Below, piece by piece: positions 58,062 to 64,000 of a stretch of 64,000 bases of DNA. Positions within the stretch are counted from its first letter, which is position 1; each line of letters starts with the position of its first letter. The position numbers and the translations under genes were made by a program. The stretch lies in contig JBCCEA010000001.1 of the NCBI GenBank assembly GCA_039030515.1, positions 128,001-192,000 on the forward strand. The letters are read 5' to 3'. The stretch is from Myxococcota bacterium (GTDB lineage Bacteria; Myxococcota_A; Polyangia; Polyangiales; Houyiibacteriaceae). The notes under the pieces are model-generated. The model searched no databases and was not told where the DNA came from. It saw only the letters and a list, made by a program, of their open reading frames with translations.

Positions 58062-58466
58062 TCAGACCTCCTCGAGGGCGAGGCGGATGGCGACGTCCTG
58101 CACGCCCGCGAGCTTGGAGACGTTCGCGGCGAGGTCGGTGAGCACCCGCTCTCTCCCCGGCGCGCAGGTGGCCTGCGCCAGCGGGCTGCCGTCGACGCGG
58201 ACCGACACGACCCACCGCCACCCGGTCGGCGTGCTCTCCGGGACGCGGAGGCGGAGCTGGGCCCGCACGAAGTCGGCGTCGGTCAGGTCCACCGCCTGGC
58301 GCACCTCGACGTGGTCGCCGTTCGTGAGCTCGTGGAAGCGGCCGGCCTCAGCGTCGCCCAGCACGAACACGTAGTCGCCCGACGGCGCCGGCGTCCCGTC
58401 TGCCGCCGCCGCCTCGAGGCGCCCCTGGCTCGCGCCGAGCCGCGCGTTGAAGGCCGTGCGCGCCAT
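58062..58466 (-). CDS. Hypothetical beta-rich tail-region protein
   Basis: MARTAFNARLG... ATG 58466 immediately after the upstream stop. Confidence 0.7.
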   Translation of the reverse strand: MARTAFNARLGASQGRLEAAAADGTPAPSGDYVFVLGDAEAGRFHELTNGDHVEVRQAVDLTDADFVRAQLRLRVPESTPTGWRWVVSVRVDGSPLAQATCAPGRERVLTDLAANVSKLAGVQDVAIRLALEEV

Positions 58467-58468
58467 GG

Positions 58469-59164
58469 TCAGACCTGCCGGTAGAGCTCGAGGTGGTCGA
58501 AGAAGCCGCGGCGGGTGACGTCGCGCACCGAGAAGCCGAAGCCGCCGCGGCCCGACGTGAGCGGCTGGCTGCCGCTGTTGATGCCGAGGTGGTCGTCGAT
58601 GAACTCGGCCATCCCGGGCACCGGCTGCCAGTCGGGTGGCGTGCCGAGGGCGTGTGCGTCGAGGTCGTTGCGGAACACCTTGAGCACGACGTCGCCGTTG
58701 GCGTTGACGATGACGTCGAGGCGCAGGTGCAGCCACGTCTCCTGCGCGAAGCTCTCGCTCGACTTGAGCAGCACCCCGGGCCCGTCGGCGTCGGGCAGCC
58801 CGGTGGTCACGGTGCCCTTGCGCAGCACGACGCGGTGCGGGTCGTCGTCGGAGAGCCCGAGCAGGTACGCCTGGTCGTTGACCGAGTTGCCCTGGCAGCA
58901 CAGGTAGAGGAACGGCGAGAAGCCGGTCGGCCCGCCACCCGGCCCGCGCTGCACCACGCCGCGGATGGAGCCGCCCTTGGCCATCGGCGCGAAGTCCACG
59001 ACGTTCGCGAACAGCGCCACGCAGCCCTCGACCGCGGCGAGAGAGTTGAAAGCGTAGAGGAAGCTGCCGCCGCCCGGCGGGCGCGCGACGCCGGCCGTCA
59101 CGCCACGGTCCACCGCGGCGATGTCGAGCCCGTCGTTGAGGAAGGTCCAGTCTGTCGATGCCAT
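58469..59164 (-). CDS. Hypothetical tail-region protein, possibly a ConA-like beta-sandwich
   Basis: WLHLRLDV, SGRGGFG, FFDHLEL; GGAG RBS. Confidence 0.7.
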   Translation of the reverse strand: MASTDWTFLNDGLDIAAVDRGVTAGVARPPGGGSFLYAFNSLAAVEGCVALFANVVDFAPMAKGGSIRGVVQRGPGGGPTGFSPFLYLCCQGNSVNDQAYLLGLSDDDPHRVVLRKGTVTTGLPDADGPGVLLKSSESFAQETWLHLRLDVIVNANGDVVLKVFRNDLDAHALGTPPDWQPVPGMAEFIDDHLGINSGSQPLTSGRGGFGFSVRDVTRRGFFDHLELYRQV

Positions 59165-59177
59165 CGCGTGTTCTCCT

Positions 59178-59729
59178 TCAGATCGTAGTGGCGGGGTCCC
59201 AGTCGTTCTCGAAGTCCTCGCGGGCCTGCGCCCCGGCGTCGAAGAGCGCCGCCGCGCTGGTCACCGCGCCCCAGGTCCAAGCGAAGGCCTGGTTCCCGCT
59301 CCACTGGTCCTCGAAGTCCTCCCGCGGCTCGCCGTCGAACACACCCACCGCACCCGCCACCTCGGCCCAGGAGGTCGCGTAGCTGTCGTTGGCCCAGCCG
59401 CCCTCGCAGTCCTCGACGTCGTCGGGCCCGAAGCTCGCCGGCAGCTGCTGCGCGGGCGGCAGCTCCCAGAGGTAGAGGTCGTTCTCCCAGGCCTCCTCGA
59501 AGTCCTCGAGGCCCTCGGGCGAGGTGTCGAAGAAGGCCCGGACCACGGGCACGTCCTCGAGCGCCAGCCACAGCTCGACCCAGCGCTCGAAGCCCTCCCA
59601 GGCGAGCTCTGGATCGGCCCCGAGCCCGGCGATCGACTCGAGGCCCGTCACGGACGCCAGCGTCCAGTGCTCGGCCTCGCCCGGCAGGAGCCCGGCGTCT
59701 TCGAAGCTGGGGTTGAGCACCGGCATCAA
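59178..59729 (-). CDS. Highly acidic Trp-rich repeat protein
   Basis: [34 protein letters not shown]. Confidence 0.75.
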   Translation of the reverse strand: MMPVLNPSFEDAGLLPGEAEHWTLASVTGLESIAGLGADPELAWEGFERWVELWLALEDVPVVRAFFDTSPEGLEDFEEAWENDLYLWELPPAQQLPASFGPDDVEDCEGGWANDSYATSWAEVAGAVGVFDGEPREDFEDQWSGNQAFAWTWGAVTSAAALFDAGAQAREDFENDWDPATTI

Positions 59730-61237
59730 AGCGGCCCTCCCGTGTCGCCGTTGGTCAGCGTCACCGTGCCGAGCACCGGGAACTCCTGGACGCTCAGTCG
59801 CACGTCGGCGGGCAGCCCGTTGAGCGTCAGGTCGCCGGGCGCGTCGCCGATCTTGCGGACGCCCTCGGTGTCGCGGATGACGTTGAACACGTCGGACCAG
59901 GCGATCTCACCGACCGGGTTGCCCTCGGCGTCCTTGAGGTTGAAGCCGAAGTCGACGCGCCGGTTCGGCGTGCCGTCGGGCTCGGTGACGCGGACGTACG
60001 CCTGCAGGTTCTCGACGACGCGGGCGCGGACTGTGGTGCCCGACACGCCCGCGCGGAGGAACACGCGGGCAGCGACGTTCAGGCGTCGGTAGACCGGGTC
60101 GAGCACGCTCACCTGGAAGGTCAGCGTGCAGGGGTAGACCTCGGTGACCTGCTGGAGCACGAGGTTCTTGAGCGCCGGCGTGGGCACGCCTCCGCCTTGT
60201 GGGATGACGTAGAGGACGCCCGCGTTCTCGTCGATGCTCAGGTCCTCGTTCGAGGTGAGCATCAGGGCCCGCGCCACGCCGGGCAGCCGCCGCGCGTTGA
60301 TCTCGAAGTCCTCCCTCGCGACGCTCCGGGTCATCGCGCGCAGGCTCTCCGGTGCGAGCAGCCGAGCGGAGGCGACGCTCTGCCGGTCGGTCCCGCCGGT
60401 CGCGGGCAGCGGGTTCGTCACCGAGACCTGGACCGGCCGCCCGTGCACGTCCATGAACGCGCCCTCGATGACGACGAGCCGCCCGGCGTCGACGTTGCCG
60501 CCCGTGCCGCCGCCAGTCTTGTAGCGGACCGTGACCGTCCCGGTCGGCGGTAGCCCGTTGCGCCCGTCTCCGAAGCGGACGGACGCGCGGTCGTTCTGGT
60601 CGACGCGGACGAGGAAGTGGCGGTCGTTCGGGCCCGAGTCGAGGAAGCTGTCCACCTCGGTGTACGCGCCCGTCGGCGTCGACACCTCCGCCGAGCCATC
60701 GAGGTACGGCGCGCGGTCGAGCAGCAGCTCGAAGCCCTTGAGCCCCCGCGCCTCGGCCAGCTGCTGGTGTGGCCGCGAGTGCTCGGCGATCACGGTGGCG
60801 GTGGGCGGGTCCTGGCCGGCGTTGATCTGCGCGTCGCCGAGGAGCTGGAACCGCACTGGCTCGGTCACCTCCTGCGTCCTCACGACGGTGCTAGCGGGGA
60901 TGACGACGTTCGCGGTCGGCGGGCGCGTGAGGGTGACGGCCAGCTCGGCCGTCGCGGCACGGGCGCCCTGCAGGCGGTAGCCGAGCATCTGCGCCAGGGC
61001 CATGACGTTCTTGCGCTGGGTGGCGGTCACGAGCCGCGACTCGCGGGCGAGGTTGTCCTGGTAGAACGTCAGGACGTCGCCGACGAAGGCGTAGAGCTCG
61101 ATGAGCACGTTGCCGAAGCTGGCGACCTCGAAGTCAGTCCAGTCCGGGAACACGCTCTTCACCAGCTGGATCAGCCGGGTCCGCAGCGCGTCGAAGTCCT
61201 TGTCGGTGTAGTCCACCGCCTCGGGGAGAAGGTTCAT
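59726..61237 (-). CDS. Baseplate J/gp47-family protein
   Basis: [37 protein letters not shown]; start at ATG 61237. Confidence 0.92.
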   Translation of the reverse strand: MNLLPEAVDYTDKDFDALRTRLIQLVKSVFPDWTDFEVASFGNVLIELYAFVGDVLTFYQDNLARESRLVTATQRKNVMALAQMLGYRLQGARAATAELAVTLTRPPTANVVIPASTVVRTQEVTEPVRFQLLGDAQINAGQDPPTATVIAEHSRPHQQLAEARGLKGFELLLDRAPYLDGSAEVSTPTGAYTEVDSFLDSGPNDRHFLVRVDQNDRASVRFGDGRNGLPPTGTVTVRYKTGGGTGGNVDAGRLVVIEGAFMDVHGRPVQVSVTNPLPATGGTDRQSVASARLLAPESLRAMTRSVAREDFEINARRLPGVARALMLTSNEDLSIDENAGVLYVIPQGGGVPTPALKNLVLQQVTEVYPCTLTFQVSVLDPVYRRLNVAARVFLRAGVSGTTVRARVVENLQAYVRVTEPDGTPNRRVDFGFNLKDAEGNPVGEIAWSDVFNVIRDTEGVRKIGDAPGDLTLNGLPADVRLSVQEFPVLGTVTLTNGDTGGPL

Positions 61238-61611
61238 GGGCGCACCTCCGCCGCAGCCTCGGCGCCGGTGGCCTTGTCGCGCACCCGCAGGCGCAGGACG
61301 AGTGAGGCGTCCTCGCGCGTCACCTGGAGGGCCACGAGCCGCGCGCTCGGGACCCAGCGGGCCAGGGCGTCGCGGACGTAGACACGGGCCAGCTCGGCGA
61401 GGACCTCGTCGTTGCGCTGGTGGCGAAGCAGGTGCAGCCCCGCGCCGAAGCTCGTGCGCCATGGCAGCTCGCCCGACGAGCGCGGCGTGGCGCCCTCGGT
61501 CATCAGGGCTTGCAGGACCTTGCTGCGCAGCAGCTCGGCCCCGCTCCCCGACGCGAAGTCGCGCTTGCGGTCGCGGCGGAACGGCGTGAGCAGCCCGTGG
61601 AGCTCGTTCAT
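61234..61611 (-). CDS. Baseplate wedge GPW/gp25-family protein
   Basis: [33 protein letters not shown] before ATG 61611. Confidence 0.85.
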   Translation of the reverse strand: MNELHGLLTPFRRDRKRDFASGSGAELLRSKVLQALMTEGATPRSSGELPWRTSFGAGLHLLRHQRNDEVLAELARVYVRDALARWVPSARLVALQVTREDASLVLRLRVRDKATGAEAAAEVRP

Positions 61612-61622
61612 CGCGTCCTCCA

Positions 61623-62297
61623 TCACGGCACCGGCACCGCGTCGCGGACGCCCTGGAGCGTCTCGATGATGGCGTCGATGGGCGCGATCGCATCGTCGAG
61701 CGGCCGGCCCGCGAGGTCGGAGAGATCGGGCACCTCGGGCCCGCCCACCATGCCGAGGAAGAGGTTAAGCAGCCCGATGAGCTTGCCGAGCGACGCGAGG
61801 CTCTTGCCAACATTGGCGGCCTCCTGGGCGACGTTGGCCTGAGCGCAGCTGGTGATCGCCATCAGGCCCGCGTCCTCGAGCTCGGTGGCGCGGTCGATGG
61901 CGCCGAGGATCTGGACCATCTGCTGCTGCAGGTGCAGGAGCTGGCTGCGCGCCTGCCGGAGCGTGTCGATGACCAGGTCGATGATCCCGATGATCGTGTA
62001 CGGAAGCGACAGCTGCGGGATGAGCCGCAGCAGCGCGTTCACCTTCTCGGCGAGCTCGGGGATACAGGCCGCGATGGCGGTCGGATCCGGCGGCGGCCCG
62101 AGTGTGTCCGGGATGGCCTTGATGCAGTTGAAGACCGCGACGACGGTGTCGATGATGTTGAACAGCGGCACCAACGGCGTGAGCGCCGGCTGGATCACCT
62201 CCATCAGGTTGATGTGCTCCATCGTCACGCCGCCGGGCAGCGTGATCTGGAAGGGGTCGGGGATCTCTGGGATCTCGATGCAGATGGGCAGCGGCAC
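61623..62297 (-). CDS. Hypothetical helical protein between baseplate V and W
   Basis: GGAGG RBS; stop close to the gp25 start. Confidence 0.75.
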   Translation of the reverse strand: MPLPICIEIPEIPDPFQITLPGGVTMEHINLMEVIQPALTPLVPLFNIIDTVVAVFNCIKAIPDTLGPPPDPTAIAACIPELAEKVNALLRLIPQLSLPYTIIGIIDLVIDTLRQARSQLLHLQQQMVQILGAIDRATELEDAGLMAITSCAQANVAQEAANVGKSLASLGKLIGLLNLFLGMVGGPEVPDLSDLAGRPLDDAIAPIDAIIETLQGVRDAVPVP

Positions 62298-62306
62298 GTC
62301 GTCCTC

Positions 62307-62888
62307 CTAGATCGGGTCCGCGATGGGTCGGACGACGCGGCCCGCGATGGTGACCTGCAGCCCCTCGATGCTGATGGCGCCGACAGCTCGGAGGGTCAGC
62401 GCGCTCGTGGCCTCGAGGGTCACGCTGTTCTCCTCGGCGTCGAACACGAGGTGGTCGCCGGTCTTCTTGTTGGTCAGCTTCAGGCGGCGCGCGTCCTTCG
62501 ACTCGTCGAGCTCGACGCGGAAGGTGGGCGTTGCGAGCACGCGGTTGTCGGGCGGGTCCTTCTGCGCCTCCTCGGGGACCTCGCTCTCGCCGTCCGGCTT
62601 CCCCCAGTGGGCCGAGAGGTAGTACGGCGCGTCGACGTCGCCCTGGTTGAAGAACACCGCGACCTCCGCCCCCTCCTCGGGCACCGCGAAGAGCCCCCGG
62701 TCCTTGAAGCCGCCGCCGGCCGTGCCGAGCGGCCACGCCCAGCCGCTGTGCGGCTCGACCACGCCGGGGATGCACACCCGCACGCGCCCGAGCTGGTCGG
62801 GGTCGCGCCGGTGCGTGACGTAGCCGACGTACATCCCGAGCAGGCGGGTGTCGTGGCGGCGGATGTCGTCGTCGAAGGTCGAGAACAC
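62307..62888 (-). CDS. Baseplate assembly protein V / gp5 OB-fold spike
   Basis: [32 protein letters not shown]. Confidence 0.9.
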   Translation of the reverse strand: MFSTFDDDIRRHDTRLLGMYVGYVTHRRDPDQLGRVRVCIPGVVEPHSGWAWPLGTAGGGFKDRGLFAVPEEGAEVAVFFNQGDVDAPYYLSAHWGKPDGESEVPEEAQKDPPDNRVLATPTFRVELDESKDARRLKLTNKKTGDHLVFDAEENSVTLEATSALTLRAVGAISIEGLQVTIAGRVVRPIADPI

Positions 62889-62890
62889 GG

Positions 62891-64000
62891 TCAGCTCCCT
62901 CCCGCGTCGAGCGGCACGCTCATCTGGGCCTCGGGGTCCTCGGCGCCGATCGGCTGCCCGTCGCGGCGGTACTCGACGCGGGTGGCGCCCGTGTCGGGGT
63001 CCACCACCTCCACCTCGGTCATCGAGCCGCCGGCGCTGGGCTCGCTCCGGTTCCGCTCGCCGCGCTGCTCCTGGGCCACCTGGCGGGCGCGGCGGCCGCT
63101 CCCGTCGCGGGTGAGCTTGAGCTCGCAGACGTAGCCCGAGGACGAGACGACGTGCTTGACGTCGGTGACGTAGTACTTGCCGGAGAGCAGCCCGGAGATG
63201 CCACGCACCTCGACGATGTTCTTCGCGTGCAGGGTCGGGTCGCCCACCACGCGCATCGAGAGCTTCACCGTCCCCCGCTCGGAGCGGCGAAACCGAGCCT
63301 GCGCCTCCCGGCCGGCGCGCTCGCTCGTCGGGGCCGACGTGGGCGCGACGGTGGCCGTCGCGTTGCGGGTCTCCAGCGTGGTCGCCCCGGTCTCGGGGTC
63401 CACCACCTCGACGACCTCGGCGAGGGTCTCGCGCTCGGCGGTGTCGTTGTTGACCGTCTCCTCGATGGTGCTGCGCGTGAGCGGGTCCCGGCCGCGCACG
63501 GTGACCCGGCCCGCCCGGCGCCCGAGGTCGCTCTCGACGTTGACCGAGAGCACGTCGCCACGCCCCGGATCGGCGTACCAGGTGAAGACGTGGGTGGGCG
63601 CGGCGCTCTGCCGGCGCTCGTGGAAGTGGAAGCCGCCGTCGTCGACGTAGAACTCGAACTCTTCGCGGCTCGCAAGGCGCCGCAGGAAGCGGGCGTCGGT
63701 CTCGCCGGTCTGGTTGATGACCTCGAGCACCTCGCGGGTGTCCTCGACGTCGACCAGGGTGCCCTCGTACCCGTGTTCTTCCGCGACGGCCCTGGCGACG
63801 TCGGCGCGGCTCATGTTCTCGAAGACGCGGGTCTTCGACTCCCGGTCCATGAGCACGCTGGTGGCGCGGCCCTCCAGGGTGAGCGTCGTGAAGCCCTTGA
63901 GCTTGCGGACGACCACACGGCGCGGCGGCGCCATGTTGCCCGGATATCCCCAGCTCACCTCGAGCACGGCCCCGCCCGCGATGTCCTCGCGGTCGAAGAG
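62891..64000 (-). CDS. Phage late control D / gp27-like hub protein (5' end beyond the window)
   Basis: [30 protein letters not shown]; frame open to the window edge. Confidence 0.87.
   Translation of the reverse strand, partial: LFDREDIAGGAVLEVSWGYPGNMAPPRRVVVRKLKGFTTLTLEGRATSVLMDRESKTRVFENMSRADVARAVAEEHGYEGTLVDVEDTREVLEVINQTGETDARFLRRLASREEFEFYVDDGGFHFHERRQSAAPTHVFTWYADPGRGDVLSVNVESDLGRRAGRVTVRGRDPLTRSTIEETVNNDTAERETLAEVVEVVDPETGATTLETRNATATVAPTSAPTSERAGREAQARFRRSERGTVKLSMRVVGDPTLHAKNIVEVRGISGLLSGKYYVTDVKHVVSSSGYVCELKLTRDGSGRRARQVAQEQRGERNRSEPSAGGSMTEVEVVDPDTGATRVEYRRDGQPIGAEDPEAQMSVPLDAGGS

Noticed and set aside
59726..64000. Type VI secretion system
   Set aside because: No TssJLM, ClpV or TssK; fibre, amidase and holin point to a released phage-like particle

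Overview
Bacterial window, probably Myxococcota (Polyangiales/Sandaracinaceae-like; inferred from gene content only). It has three blocks that differ in base composition by eye. (1) 1-27.4 kb, moderate-GC backbone: a partial complex I cluster (nuoE-F-J-K-L-M-N), radical SAM, lepB, miaE, tsaB, an orphan RING-like membrane ORF, a degenerate glycogen synthase, purL and oxidoreductases, ending at tRNA-Asn(GTT). (2) 27.4-48.9 kb, higher-GC heavy-metal island: MerR with a CopZ-N/MerT/HMA fusion, a P1B ATPase, a CDF transporter, two SAM methyltransferases, and two paralogous czcCBA-type RND operons under different regulators (BlaI/BlaR1-like versus CadC-like ArsR plus a Cys-rich leader). (3) 48.9-64 kb, very high-GC prophage-like contractile-tail module (late control D, V, W/gp25, J, tail I-like, fibre, amidase, holin) followed by a small-gene cassette with an amidoligase and two gamma-glutamylcyclotransferases. 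Best candidates for undescribed biology: a Cys-rich leader ending in FHPPR whose Phe-His-Pro codons are complementary to the RBS of the downstream czcC (candidate metal-sensing ribosome-arrest attenuator); a four-copy, fixed-spacing promoter-like motif with an IHF-like box defining an element-specific regulon; a CzcB with six WCxxHxxPESxCxxC motifs; and a RING-plus-two-TM protein. No integrase, capsid or att duplication is visible. All family calls are by motif recognition, not database searches.
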